Source: Truepera sp.
GTDB taxonomy: Bacteria; Deinococcota; Deinococci; Deinococcales; Trueperaceae
Reading direction: 5' to 3'
Length of the DNA: 64,000 bases
NCBI GenBank assembly: GCA_965218435.1
Contig: CBDCKW010000009.1
Location: forward strand, 3,040,001-3,104,000
Shown here: piece by piece, positions 37,936-48,209 of the stretch
Layout: each line of letters opens with the position of its first letter
Numbering within the stretch: the first letter of the stretch is position 1
Program-made: the position numbers and the translations under genes
The notes under the pieces: generated by a model
What the model saw: the letters and a program-made list of their open reading frames with translations, nothing else
Database searches by the model: none
What the model was told of the DNA's origin: nothing

Positions 37936-38562
37936 TTAAGCAGGTGCCAACGAAGCAGCCGTGTTGTCCGGAATGTTGTGCTTGAGCAGACACGTTTCAA
38001 ACGCCTCAATATGCGCTTCGGGTACAGTATAAAAAGACCTCTGCATCCAAACCCGCCAGCTACTGATTTCAAAATAAAATGTCTCATCTTTCAACACATA
38101 GGATTCGATGTTGCGCCAGGGTACAAGGTCTGTATAGAGCCACAAGCCTTTCTTATGAACTTGCAAACGTCCGGTTGCAAGAACAGCAAAATAAGCTCCC
38201 AAAAATAATGTGGTTGTCTCTGACTGTAACGAAGCAAGTATGTGACTGAAGTCTAAGTTGAAAGAAATGGAGACCAAAAAAAACGCGGCAGCAGCCATGT
38301 ACCACCTACGTTGGGGCAGCGGCCCTGCATCGAAGAGTACCGGCCCAGCTCTTAGTCTCGAGATAATTATCCAGCTGATACCACCGAGCAGTGAAACACC
38401 ACAAATGCTTTGAAAAGATACGTCAAAAGCATGACCAAAGGGCCAACCTACAGCAGAGCTTAGGAGAAATGCCAAAGACGCCACTACCGCCATATACAGC
38501 GTCATAATGACTAGGAACCTTACGATGCCCGAATCTCGGTAGTAGTCTGCCAATTTTGACAC
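37936..38562 (-). CDS. Hypothetical membrane protein (about 4 TM plus PH-like C-terminal domain)
   Basis: Hydrophobic segments; ..GL......VPW.NI.SY pattern; AGGAGG SD; visibly AT-richer than neighbours. Confidence 0.65.
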   Translation of the reverse strand: MSKLADYYRDSGIVRFLVIMTLYMAVVASLAFLLSSAVGWPFGHAFDVSFQSICGVSLLGGISWIIISRLRAGPVLFDAGPLPQRRWYMAAAAFFLVSISFNLDFSHILASLQSETTTLFLGAYFAVLATGRLQVHKKGLWLYTDLVPWRNIESYVLKDETFYFEISSWRVWMQRSFYTVPEAHIEAFETCLLKHNIPDNTAASLAPA

Positions 38563-38587
38563 TTCCGGCCTCCTGATATGGCCTTAA

Positions 38588-39082
38588 TTATACGCGTTTG
38601 GCTTCGGCTTGTTCGATTTCACGCTCGAGAAAATAGTTCAGCAGTGTCCTGAGTAAAACAATCGCACCCAAGTTCAAAATGTCTTGCCGAGTCGGGGCGA
38701 CAGCTGTCCGTAAAATGTCGCTGGCAACGGTAAACTCTAAACCGAGCGCCAGCACTCGCCCGAGCCGTAAACGAATGCCTTCAGTGGCGCTGCCTTGGGC
38801 CGCCGAACGTGAAAAGAGCAGCTGCACATAGGTCAAGATGCCGCGCAAGATGGCGATGCCAATCACGAGCGCCGCTGCAATCTCGGCACCTGCCGCGAAA
38901 TAGCCGACGATGAGTTTGAGCCAGCCCTCGAGCGGGTTCGCTTCAACGCCTTCACTAACGCCGCCACCGACGTTGGAGTTAAGGCTTAAGAGCAAAACGA
39001 GTCCGAAAATCAGGGCGATAGGCAGTAAAAAGCTCGTCCACGGTTCCCGGATGGCGCTTTTGGATTCAGGTTCTCGGGTCAT
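38588..39082 (-). CDS. DUF1622-domain membrane protein
   Basis: R..LGR.LALGLEF.VA.DIL.T...PT......LGAIV.LRT.LNYFL.REI. Confidence 0.88.
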   Translation of the reverse strand: MTREPESKSAIREPWTSFLLPIALIFGLVLLLSLNSNVGGGVSEGVEANPLEGWLKLIVGYFAAGAEIAAALVIGIAILRGILTYVQLLFSRSAAQGSATEGIRLRLGRVLALGLEFTVASDILRTAVAPTRQDILNLGAIVLLRTLLNYFLEREIEQAEAKRV

Positions 39083-39100
39083 GAGGTTCCTCTTTTGGTT

Positions 39101-39628
39101 TTAGGTTTTAGTATGCCGAGCCTGCCGCGCGGCTAACCAGACGGCGACCTGCTCGAGCCCCACGAGTAGCACCGTAATCCCTATCGCCAGGATAAAAAGC
39201 AGCAGGTTGCTCACACTGCCGGCCCGAAACGCAAAACTCAGCGAGGTCGAGACGGCGGGCGGATGCACCGCGTCGAGAACGATCATCAGCACAACCGTGC
39301 CGAGCATGGCGGCCCCGGCTGCGAGATACCCGTCACCAAGCAGGATAAAAGTGCCGAAGCCCAAACTGGCGGCGATAAGGTGCGCCGTAACGAGCGTGCG
39401 GACGCTGTTCATGCCGTGCTGCGGGTCTAGGTAGATTAAAAAGGCGCTCGAGGCGAGTGACGCGAACAAGAGCCGCTGCTGACTCAGCACCTCGACGAAG
39501 GCAAACACAATGAGTATGGTCGCGGTCGGCAAGAGCGCCAGCGTCAGTTCACCGCGTAGCCCTAAACGCTGACGCAGTGAACGCACTTTCCCCTCGCCTG
39601 GTTGGAAACTTTCGCGTGGATAGCTCAT
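39101..39628 (-). CDS. HPP-family membrane protein
   Basis: ASLASSA.L....P, AH, HPPA motif. Confidence 0.88.
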   Translation of the reverse strand: MSYPRESFQPGEGKVRSLRQRLGLRGELTLALLPTATILIVFAFVEVLSQQRLLFASLASSAFLIYLDPQHGMNSVRTLVTAHLIAASLGFGTFILLGDGYLAAGAAMLGTVVLMIVLDAVHPPAVSTSLSFAFRAGSVSNLLLFILAIGITVLLVGLEQVAVWLAARQARHTKT

Positions 39629-39629
39629 C

Positions 39630-40382
39630 TTAAAAGAGGGGAGAGCTCGAGGCTACCTTTACGGCGTCCTCAACCTTGTCGAGCCGAAACGTCAGCTGTT
39701 TTTGCCGTAGATGACAGAAGCCGCGCACATACGCGCCGTCAAACGAGGTTACGTCAACTTGCCTGACTTTACCGCCGTAGGTCAGCTGCACGCTGCCCCG
39801 TACCTTGGCGACCTCACGAAACAGCGGCGCGAGCGGGTGTTCGGCGAAGCTCATGGCGACGGGCGCGCGGCGTGGGCCTTTTTGAAAGAAGAGCTGCCCG
39901 TATTTGCGGGCGTATTCGTACAGGTCGCGGGTGAGTTTGACATCTTCTAAGCAGTACCGCTCGAGCCGGTCCCAATCTCCGGCCCGGTAGTATTCCAAAG
40001 CGTCGAGACCCGACCCGAGTTTGCCCATGCCGAGCGTGGCTTGCGCCAGAGCGTCGAGCGAAATACGCCGCCCGAGCGCCCGCTGCGCTTCGACCAGCAG
40101 GTCAAGGGTTGGTAATTCGGTCACCCAACCGCCAAGTTCGGCGGCTAAAACCGGCCAGTCGAAGCCGATCAGGTTAAAGCCGACCACTTCGTCGGCGTTT
40201 TCTAGCAAGACAGTGAGTTCATCAAACTGGGTTTCACGAAAGGTCAAAAACTTATCTTCGGTGTAGTCGTACACCCCGACCACGCTCACGCCCAGCTGTG
40301 CGCGGTTTTCCGCGCCGCCCACCTCGTCAAACGAGCGTTTGGTCTCGAGGTCTAAAACCAGCCGGTTAAACACGTGACTCAT
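39630..40382 (-). CDS. RNase H-like DEDD exonuclease (RNase_H_2/YprB-like) fused to a C-terminal WYL-like domain
   Basis: LDLET, GFN..GFD, TLDL, SLD.LA, YCLEDV; C-terminal L.Y....RQV....YVRGFCHLR....TFRLDKV. Confidence 0.82.
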   Translation of the reverse strand: MSHVFNRLVLDLETKRSFDEVGGAENRAQLGVSVVGVYDYTEDKFLTFRETQFDELTVLLENADEVVGFNLIGFDWPVLAAELGGWVTELPTLDLLVEAQRALGRRISLDALAQATLGMGKLGSGLDALEYYRAGDWDRLERYCLEDVKLTRDLYEYARKYGQLFFQKGPRRAPVAMSFAEHPLAPLFREVAKVRGSVQLTYGGKVRQVDVTSFDGAYVRGFCHLRQKQLTFRLDKVEDAVKVASSSPLF

Positions 40383-40400
40383 CAGCTCGTTATACCAGCT

Positions 40401-41222
40401 TTATAAGAGTTTGACGGGCAGCTCGAGCGCCGCCAGCAGCGATTCGTGAATAGCACCGTTACTTGTGACTAAAACCTTTTCCCCGAGCTGGTACGGTTCA
40501 CCGCTGCCGCCGGTTACCTGGCCCCCGGCTTCAGTGACAAGTAGCACCCCGGCGGCCACGTCCCAGGGGTTGAGCTTGAGTTCCCAAAACCCGTCAATCC
40601 GGCCACACGCGACATACGCGAGGTCTAAAGCTGCCGCGCCGGGGCGACGCACCGTGCGGCAGCGCGCGAGCATCCGGCCAAAGACCGCGACGTTCTCTGC
40701 CGCCGTGTCCGGGTCGTAAGTAAAGCCGGTTGCCAACATGCTCCGGCGCAGCGTATCTTCTTGCGTGACCGAGATCGGCGCGCCGTTTAACAGCGCACCG
40801 CCGCCGCGCACCGCCGTAAAAAGTTCGTTCCTAACCGAATCGAGCACGACGCCGACCTCGAGCACGCCGTGAATCTCCAGCCCGACCGAAACGCAGTAAA
40901 ACGGAAAGCCGTGCGCGTAGTTGAGCGTCCCGTCGAGCGGGTCAACGATCCAGCGGTACGGCCCCTGATTATTTTGTCCTGTGCCCTGCTGCCCTTCCTC
41001 TTCGCCTAAGACGACATGATTGGGGTAGCTCGAGAGCAAAATCTCGCGGATACGCGCTTCGCTCTCCTTGTCAATCCGCGTGACCAGATCAGTTTCATTT
41101 GATTTGGTCGCGATCCCTAGGTCTTGGCCGACGCCGCTCTGGTGAATCTGCGCGGCGGCGCGGGCCGCGTGGATGGCCGTATAGAGAAAATCTTTTTGCT
41201 CGTTGGGAGTTAGTTGCGTCAT
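40401..41222 (-). CDS. suhB: Inositol monophosphatase family protein
   Basis: DLVT..D, GEE, WIVDPLDGTLNY, G.AALDL..VA.GR.DG.WE, WDVAAG. Confidence 0.95.
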   Translation of the reverse strand: MTQLTPNEQKDFLYTAIHAARAAAQIHQSGVGQDLGIATKSNETDLVTRIDKESEARIREILLSSYPNHVVLGEEEGQQGTGQNNQGPYRWIVDPLDGTLNYAHGFPFYCVSVGLEIHGVLEVGVVLDSVRNELFTAVRGGGALLNGAPISVTQEDTLRRSMLATGFTYDPDTAAENVAVFGRMLARCRTVRRPGAAALDLAYVACGRIDGFWELKLNPWDVAAGVLLVTEAGGQVTGGSGEPYQLGEKVLVTSNGAIHESLLAALELPVKLL

Positions 41223-41258
41223 GCCTTTACGCTACCCTAATGGGGCCGTTTAGTCACA

Positions 41259-42689
41259 CTATTTAGCGGCGAACTGCGCCGCGCGGCCCCTTTGAACGGT
41301 CTCTAGGTCGGTCACTTCTTCGTCGGTGTGGTCGGCTAGTTCGGCGGGGGAGGGGATCATATCGGTAATCAGCCGCGCGCGGCGATCAAAAGTAAAGTAG
41401 TTGTACGCCCAGTCGGTCAGCGCGCCGAGACGGTTGCGGTACCCCGGCAAATACACCAGGTGGATAAACAGCCACGCCAACCAGCCCAAAAAGCCGCGCA
41501 GCTTGATACCGAGAAAAACTTTACCCAGTTCAGCGATACCTGCGCCGCGCCCGATAATGGCCATGTTGCCTTTGTCGAAATACTTAAAGCGCGCCTGTTT
41601 ACGCTCGCCTTCGAGGTCGGCCAGGATAGTTTCTGCGGCAAAACGTCCCCCTTGGATGGCCACTTGCGCGACCTGCGGGTAGAGCTTGCCGTCCTCATCT
41701 TTACTGGCGGACACGTCCCCGGCGGCAAACGCGTACGGATGACCGGGCAGACTCAGGTCGGGGTTGACTTTAAGACGGTAGCCCCGCTCGAGTTCAACCC
41801 CGAGGGCGTCAACGAGTGGGTGCCCACGCACCCCAGCTGCCCAGATCAGCGTTTGCGTCGGGATAATCTCGCCGTTTTTAAGCTCAACTTCGCCTTCGCG
41901 CACCTCGGCAAGGGCTTGGCCGAGCCGCAGCTCGATACCGCGCCCGCGCAACACCTCGGCGGTGTAGTCACGCAGCTCGTCACTGTAAGGAGCCATCAAA
42001 TAGTCGAGCATCTCGACCAAGATGATTTTGGCTTTGGACACCTCGAAGTTGGGATAATCTTTAGGCAAAACGCGCTCGAACAGCTCGGCAAGTGCTCCCG
42101 ACATCTCGACGCCGGTCGGCCCACCGCCGACGATCACGATGTTGAGGGCACCCTGCTCAATCAGGCTGGGATCGGCTGAAGCACGCTCGAACTGCCGTAA
42201 AATGTGGCTGCGGATATTGACGGCTTCGGTCAGACTTTTCACGTAAAAGGCGTGTTCCCGAACCCCTTTAATGCCAAAATCGTTGTAAACCGCGCCCGCC
42301 CCGATGATGAGGTAGTCAAACGAGAGCGTATCGCCGCCCGCGAGTGCCAACGTTTTATCTTCCCAATGGACGTCTTCAACAGTCGCTTGCCGAAAGGTAA
42401 AGTTTTTCTGCCGCTGAAAAATAGTACGCACCGACTGCGCTACCTCTGCGGGCTCGAGGCCCGCCGTTGCCACCTGATAGATCAGCGGTTGAAAAGTGTG
42501 GTAGTTGTTTTGGTCAATTAAAACAACCTCAGCGTCGGCTTTGCGCAGAGCTTTGACGGCGTAAAGTCCGACAAACCCCGCGCCGATAACGACGATTCTC
42601 GGCTTTTTATAGGCGTGAAGCGTCGCTGAACGGGGCGCACGTTGCTGAGGAGCTGCTCGGGTCACTGCTTGGGTTACTGTCTGAGTCAT
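41259..42689 (-). CDS. ndh: Type II NADH:quinone oxidoreductase
   Basis: IGAGFVG, HTFQPL.YQVATA, VGGGPTGVE, AGD, AQVAIQ, Y.DKG.MA.IGR. Confidence 0.93.
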   Translation of the reverse strand: MTQTVTQAVTRAAPQQRAPRSATLHAYKKPRIVVIGAGFVGLYAVKALRKADAEVVLIDQNNYHTFQPLIYQVATAGLEPAEVAQSVRTIFQRQKNFTFRQATVEDVHWEDKTLALAGGDTLSFDYLIIGAGAVYNDFGIKGVREHAFYVKSLTEAVNIRSHILRQFERASADPSLIEQGALNIVIVGGGPTGVEMSGALAELFERVLPKDYPNFEVSKAKIILVEMLDYLMAPYSDELRDYTAEVLRGRGIELRLGQALAEVREGEVELKNGEIIPTQTLIWAAGVRGHPLVDALGVELERGYRLKVNPDLSLPGHPYAFAAGDVSASKDEDGKLYPQVAQVAIQGGRFAAETILADLEGERKQARFKYFDKGNMAIIGRGAGIAELGKVFLGIKLRGFLGWLAWLFIHLVYLPGYRNRLGALTDWAYNYFTFDRRARLITDMIPSPAELADHTDEEVTDLETVQRGRAAQFAAK

Positions 42690-42832
42690 AGTGTCTCCCG
42701 GCAGACTCCGGTGTGCCTGCCTTTCAGCTCATCATAAGCTTAGGCTCCCCGGTACTCTGTAGTGCTTCTTCATGACTTCAGCACCGGGAAAAACGAGATT
42801 TAGCCGGTTACTGCTCAGCCATTTGCTCACAA

Positions 42833-42867
42833 CCTAGCTCGAGCACGGCTTTTTAAGACAGCTTTTA
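42833..42867. repeat. Possible right-end remnant of the MITE family
   Basis: CCTAGCTCG..GGCTTTTTAAGACAGCTTTTA resembles the right end of the 32673 copy; terminal TTA is the sdaAA stop codon. Confidence 0.35.
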
Positions 42868-43704
42868 ACCATCAGCCATCTTAAGCGCGATCAGTCGGCC
42901 TGTCGGGGTGTCGGCAATGCCCCCTTCGCCGGTCTCGCGCAGTTCCGGCGGTAACATCCTGCCAACAGACGCCATTGCCGAAACTACTTCGTCAGGTGGA
43001 ATCACCGAGGTTAGTCCGGCGCACGCAAGCTGCGCCGCCGAAACCGCGTGAACGCTGTAAAACGCGTTGCGCGACACGCACGGCACCTCGACGTAACCAC
43101 CGACCGGGTCGCACACGAGCCCAATCGTATTGACGAGTGCGAGGGCTGCCGCGTGAACGGCTTGGTGCGCGTCGCCCCCTAACAGCTCGCACACCGCCGC
43201 TGCCGCCATCGCTGCCGAGGAGCCGATCTCTGCGCCGCAACCGCCGGTGGCCCCGGCGATAAACATCGTCTGTGAGATGATCTCGCCGATACCGGCAGCT
43301 AGAACAAGGGGCATCAGCAGTTCGTCGTCGCTCAAACCGAGTTCGTCGCCGACCCCGAGCAGCGCCCCCGGAACGGTTCCGGCACTGCCCGCGGTCGGTG
43401 CCGCGACGATCCGGCCCATCCGGGCGTTTTCTTCGTTGACCGCCATCGCGTACGCTTGCACGCGTTTTAAGAGCGGCGCTTGCAGCGCGTCGGGAGCCTC
43501 CCACAGCGTTTTGGCGTTCCACCCGACCATTCCGGTACGGCTCGGCGCGTCGGACGCCAGACCCCGGGCGATAGACGCACGCATCTCACCCAAACGTCCA
43601 CGCATGGCGCTGAGGAGCGCCGCTTGCTCGTCGGGTGGCGCAGCGTTGTTTAAGACCGCTGCGGAAGCCTTGCCGGAGACGTTCATCAGCTCGTTTAGGG
43701 TCAT
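42865..43704 (-). CDS. sdaAA: L-serine dehydratase, Fe-S dependent, alpha subunit
   Basis: [52 protein letters not shown]. Confidence 0.95.
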   Translation of the reverse strand: MTLNELMNVSGKASAAVLNNAAPPDEQAALLSAMRGRLGEMRASIARGLASDAPSRTGMVGWNAKTLWEAPDALQAPLLKRVQAYAMAVNEENARMGRIVAAPTAGSAGTVPGALLGVGDELGLSDDELLMPLVLAAGIGEIISQTMFIAGATGGCGAEIGSSAAMAAAAVCELLGGDAHQAVHAAALALVNTIGLVCDPVGGYVEVPCVSRNAFYSVHAVSAAQLACAGLTSVIPPDEVVSAMASVGRMLPPELRETGEGGIADTPTGRLIALKMADG

Positions 43705-44405
43705 GGTCCTCCCATCACCTCGGGTAACAGCCGGAGCCAGCTGACCACGCTCAGCTGTGAAAGGTAGGCGAGCACGTAGGGCGAGGGAGCCGATTCCAGC
43801 TCGAGCGCCATCAAAGCCGCCGCACCACGCCGTCCTCTATGTGAACGATGTGAGCTGCGGGCACACGTCAGCGTGGCGATATTTACGGCGTCGTCGGCTA
43901 AAACGCGGGCGACGGTAGCGATCACCCCGGCTTGGTCGGTGTGCCGGAGGAGCAGGGTGTGGTATGCGCCCGTAAAGTTCGTTTCAAAACCGTCAACCTT
44001 AAAGACTCGGACGAGCCCCCCGCCGAGGCTCGAGCCCAGCAGCGTCAGGGTTTCAGCTTCGGTCTCTTTAGCTTTGGCTTCTAGGGTGAACTGTACGGTG
44101 TTGGGGTGAACGTCACCTAAGTCTTTCGTCTCAAACCGGAGGTCTAAGCCGCACGCCGCCGCGTGATCTAAAGCGTCCGGCAGCCGCGCGTCGTCGGGCG
44201 CGTAACCGAGCAACCCTCCCGCGAGCGCCCGGTCGGTGCCGTGCCCCTTCGCAGTTTTGGCAAATGAACCGTGGAGAGTCAGCGTCGCCCGCTCGGGCAG
44301 CCCCGGCAAAGTGTGCCGCGCTAACAGCGCCAACCGGCACGCTCCGGCGGTATGGCTGCTGGACGGCCCCACCATCACCGGTCCGATCACCTCGAGGAGC
44401 CCCAT
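43701..44405 (-). CDS. sdaAB: L-serine dehydratase beta subunit with ACT domain
   Basis: [44 protein letters not shown]...LA...VNIA. Confidence 0.95.
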   Translation of the reverse strand: MGLLEVIGPVMVGPSSSHTAGACRLALLARHTLPGLPERATLTLHGSFAKTAKGHGTDRALAGGLLGYAPDDARLPDALDHAAACGLDLRFETKDLGDVHPNTVQFTLEAKAKETEAETLTLLGSSLGGGLVRVFKVDGFETNFTGAYHTLLLRHTDQAGVIATVARVLADDAVNIATLTCARSSHRSHRGRRGAAALMALELESAPSPYVLAYLSQLSVVSWLRLLPEVMGGP

Positions 44406-44715
44406 AGGGTTAGATTAGCCTATTTAGCTATGGGTGCAGCGTGTTGTATACGAGAACTTAGAGTGCGGCCTTAAGAAGTGAAGGGTAAAAACACGGGTGC
44501 GCTCGCGGAAGCGGGTAGGATAGCCCTATACTTTATACGCTGAAAATAAGGATGCTCTGATAAGTAGTTTTGTTTTTACTGCAGTGGTAGCGCTCATTTA
44601 CCACATTAGAAAGTCCGTTGCGGCTTTCTAGAAGGAGCTTCGCTGCTTCGCCGTACCTGTAAGATTTATGAAAGAATTCTTCTTTATACTTGGAAGTGCT
44701 AAGGCCGACGCCGAT

Positions 44716-46497
44716 ATGACGAACCCACCTGCTCCTCAACCGACCCGACGAAGCGTTCATGCGCCGCCACCTACGCGTGAAGTAGACGACTCGCTCCTGC
44801 ACGCTTGGGAGTTGCGGCGTACTGACAGCCAACAGGCCCTGGACTTAGCTAGCCAAGCGCACAGTAAGGCCGTTGCCGCCGCCTATACCCAAGGTCAAGC
44901 AAGAGCGCGCCTGACCCAGGCTTTTTGCCAAGTGCGGCTGTGCGACTTTAAGGCGGCGCTACAGATCGCCGAAGAAGCCTTGAGCTTGTTTGGTACCCTG
45001 GACGACCCCTGGGGCACTGAGCAGACGCTCGGCGTACTCGGTATGGCGAGCGCCGAGATCGGTAATCCGTTAGGAGCCATTAAATATCTCTCAGCACGTT
45101 ACAAGTTGTGTGAGGGGCGAGCCGACCGGGACGAAGCGGACGCACTGGCTTATTTGGCTTCGGCTTACTCTTTTATCAGCGACTACACCACCAGCCTAAG
45201 CTACGACTTTCGCGGGCTTGAGCTGTGTCAGGCGCTCGGTTACCGTGAAGGCGAGCAGCGGGCGCTGCCTAACGTCGCCGACACCTTTTTCGAGCTGGGC
45301 CACTATCAAGACGCGCTTCACTACTTTTTAGCAGGGTTAGCACTTCAAACTGAAGCCGACGACCCGTTTACCTACGCGCTGTGCCTTTGCAGCGTCGGTC
45401 GTACCTACAGGGTGTTAGGGGACTACCAGCAGGCGCGGGCATATCAGCAGCAAAGTTTGGCACTGAGAGAAAAGATCGGTGACCGGCGCGGCGTGAGCTA
45501 CGCGCTTAACGAGCTGGCTGCTATCTGTAGAGAACTGGGCGAGCTCAAAGAGGGAAAGGCGTATCTCCACCGAAGTCTAACGCTCGTCACGTCGCTCGAT
45601 GATAAAAGTAGCCAGTTTGAAACCTACTTACAGCTGGGCGCGTTACTGGCGCGGCAACGAAAGTTCAAACAGGCGCTTGGATTTTTAAGTAAAGCGCTGG
45701 CACTGGCCCAAGCGGTAGGCAACAAGGCCGACCTTGCCAAACTGCATTACACTTTATTTGAAACTCATAAAGCGCGGCGGCGGCTGGGCAAAGCCCTCGA
45801 GCATTTCGAGCTGTACAGCCAGATGAAAGACGCGGTAGCTGAAGAGGCCAGTTCGTTACGGCTGCAGGGGCTGCGCGTCGGCTTCGAGACCGAACGGGCT
45901 GAGAAAGAACGGGAAATCTACCGGCTCAAGAATGTCGAGCTCGCCCACGCCAACGCTGAGCTGCAAGCCCTAAACGATAAGGCGACCGGCCTTTTGGCTC
46001 AGCTCGAGCGGCAAGCCAAAGAGGACGCGCTGACCGGCCTCTCTAACCGTCGCCACGCCGACCTACGGCTGCATGAAGAGTTCACGCGGGCACGGCGCTT
46101 TAACCACACGCTAAGCGTCGCCCTTTGCGACATTGACAACTTCAAAAAGATCAACGATACCTTTTCGCATCACCTAGGCGACGAGGTGCTGCGCGTCGTG
46201 GCGCGACTTTTCCAAGACCACCTGCGTGAGGTTGATACCGTCGCCCGCTACGGGGGCGAGGAGTTCTTGTTGCTCTTTCCGGAAACGTCTATACAAGGCG
46301 CGTTTGCGGTGTGCAAGAATCTTTGCCAAAAGGTTGCAGCTTATCCTTGGAATACGCTCGCTCCCGGCCTCCGTGTCACCCTCAGTATCGGCGTATCAGA
46401 CGACAGCCGCGCCAGCAACCATGAAAAGCTAGTAGCACTGGCCGACGCCAAGCAGTATGAGGCGAAACGCAAGGGAAAAAACCAGGTCAGGGGTTAG
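44716..46497 (+). CDS. TPR-repeat diguanylate cyclase
   Basis: Multiple TPR-like repeats; D.LTGL.NRR, DID.FKKINDT, REVD (RxxD I-site), RYGGEEF. Start uncertain (44668 or 44716). Confidence 0.93.
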   Translation: MTNPPAPQPTRRSVHAPPPTREVDDSLLHAWELRRTDSQQALDLASQAHSKAVAAAYTQGQARARLTQAFCQVRLCDFKAALQIAEEALSLFGTLDDPWGTEQTLGVLGMASAEIGNPLGAIKYLSARYKLCEGRADRDEADALAYLASAYSFISDYTTSLSYDFRGLELCQALGYREGEQRALPNVADTFFELGHYQDALHYFLAGLALQTEADDPFTYALCLCSVGRTYRVLGDYQQARAYQQQSLALREKIGDRRGVSYALNELAAICRELGELKEGKAYLHRSLTLVTSLDDKSSQFETYLQLGALLARQRKFKQALGFLSKALALAQAVGNKADLAKLHYTLFETHKARRRLGKALEHFELYSQMKDAVAEEASSLRLQGLRVGFETERAEKEREIYRLKNVELAHANAELQALNDKATGLLAQLERQAKEDALTGLSNRRHADLRLHEEFTRARRFNHTLSVALCDIDNFKKINDTFSHHLGDEVLRVVARLFQDHLREVDTVARYGGEEFLLLFPETSIQGAFAVCKNLCQKVAAYPWNTLAPGLRVTLSIGVSDDSRASNHEKLVALADAKQYEAKRKGKNQVRG

Positions 46498-46615
46498 GAC
46501 GGGGCATCGTAGAACGTCAGAAGAAGGAACGGCAAGCGTCTGCCCGCTCAGCTGTGTGCGGGCAAAGACCAGCACTGGAAGGTGGCCAGAGCAGGCCCAA
46601 AGGGGTATGAGCGAT

Positions 46616-47218
46616 TCACTTAGATGAAGCAGGCGGTGTCAGAAACCGGGCGATTAGGACACGCACCAGTTCGGTCGTCACCGGCTCGAGCGCCGGGTCA
46701 CGAACCGCCGTGATCACAAAACCGTCGATCACCCCCGTCAGAACGACCGCCGCCGCCTCGGGTGCAAGCGACGGGTCAATCTCGCCCCGCGTCTGCCCGG
46801 AACGCAACACGTCCGCGAGGAGCTGCTGCATACCCCGGTTATGTTCTTGTACAAGTCGGGCGATAGCCGGGTTGTGCCTCGCCTCCGCAAGCATATCGAG
46901 GACTAAAACCGTTCCCCCATGCTCGTTGCGTGCTTTGGCCTGCTGCATCTCGGTCATCAGCGCCGCGAGAGCGTCAGAACTCGCCAGCGTCTGGCCGAAC
47001 TGCTCGGCAGTGCGCTCGAGCACCGATCCAACAATGGCCTCTAGGATCGCGTCCTTGCTCTCGAAGTAGTGGTAGAGGTGGCCGGGACTGATGCCCGCTT
47101 CGGTACAGATGCTGGCAATAGACGCTCCCCGTAGCCCATCGCGGGCAAAGCAGTGTGTGGCAGCGTCAAGAATCTCGCGTTGCTTCTCGGCGTGCTTGAC
47201 CGGATTGACCGTGCGCAT
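46616..47218 (-). CDS. TetR-family regulator
   Basis: ILDAA..CFA.DG..GAS...IC.EAGIS.G.LYHYF.SK; TAAGCT-N6-ATG start. Confidence 0.93.
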   Translation of the reverse strand: MRTVNPVKHAEKQREILDAATHCFARDGLRGASIASICTEAGISPGHLYHYFESKDAILEAIVGSVLERTAEQFGQTLASSDALAALMTEMQQAKARNEHGGTVLVLDMLAEARHNPAIARLVQEHNRGMQQLLADVLRSGQTRGEIDPSLAPEAAAVVLTGVIDGFVITAVRDPALEPVTTELVRVLIARFLTPPASSK

Positions 47219-47237
47219 GGGTCTAGCTTACGAAAAC

Positions 47238-47303
47238 TAGAGCGTTCAGTCTACTGATCTTGACGTAGCTCACCTACCGCCGTAAAGTAAAGCGTTCGCT
47301 CTA
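47238..47303. promoter_or_regulatory. Two related 16-bp palindromes (putative TetR operators) around a sigma-A-like promoter
   Basis: TAGAGCGTTCAGTCTA (47238) and TAAAGCGTTCGCTCTA (47288); TTGACG-N17-TAAAGT at 47260-47288. Confidence 0.6.
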
Positions 47304-47365
47304 GGATTGCGAACGCGATGACGGGTGAACCAGTCACAATAGGGGGAAAAAGCTTGTCCGCATTT

Positions 47366-48109
47366 ATGGAGCTTCAGCAGCTTGAAGCCGGTTTCTACCA
47401 GGCCAGCTTTGACCTGACGATTACAGCCGTTCATATTTTCGTCATTGATGATCCGCAAGACGGTGTGATCGTAGTCGACTCCAGCGCCCCGAGGGAAGAG
47501 AGGGCCGAGAACCCCATCGTGCAGGTGCTCAAGTAGCTCGGCAAGAAACCATGTGACGTGCGCCATCTGCTGCTCACCCACGCCCACCCTGACCACATCG
47601 GCAACGCTGGAGAGTTTCAACAGCTCAGTGGGGCCACCCTCTGGATGAACCCCTTGGGCGCACGCATTCTGGAGGCCGAACACCCAACCATCCGCCCCGT
47701 CAATATCCGGGGCGGCGGCGTGCGGGACAACAAACCGGTGATCCAACCCGCAACGGTGCAGCATAAACTTAGGGACGGTCAACGGCTTGACCTGGCGGGC
47801 GGGATTGATGTGATCGACACCCCCGGCCACGCTGCCGACCACCAGTCGTTCTTGTGGCGTCGCCACGGTGGGGTCATGATCGTCGGGGACGCGGTGACCC
47901 ACGAGAACGGGGAGATGGATTTCGCGCCGTTCTACGACGACTCAGCCGAGGAACTGCGCTCGGTGGAGAAACTCAAGGGGTACGCCTTCGAGAAGATGGC
48001 CTTCGGTCATGGTGATTACATCCTACATGGGGCCAAGGCGCAGTTCTTAAAGTGCTGGGGCGAGCAGGCCACCACCCACACGGCTCCAGACCAAACCGCT
48101 TCAGACTAG
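47366..48109 (+). pseudogene. MBL-fold metallo-hydrolase interrupted by an in-frame TAG
   Basis: ORFs 47318-47536 and 47558-48109 are in one frame (VLK*LGKKPCDVRH); THAHPDHIG, TPGH, VGDA, FGHG motifs. Confidence 0.82.
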
Positions 48110-48209
48110 CGCTGCTGATGCTACCTCACGCGGACGTCTTGAACCGTCCGCCGTTCAGCTATGCGGTGAGCGATTTGCCGCCAACCCTTACCTCTTAAAG
48201 GAGCAACCC

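Noticed and set aside
47534..47536. Programmed amber readthrough (pyrrolysine or recoding)
   Set aside because: TAG is used as a normal stop throughout the window, the site is non-catalytic, and neighbouring genes are also decayed; a CAG-to-TAG mutation is simpler.
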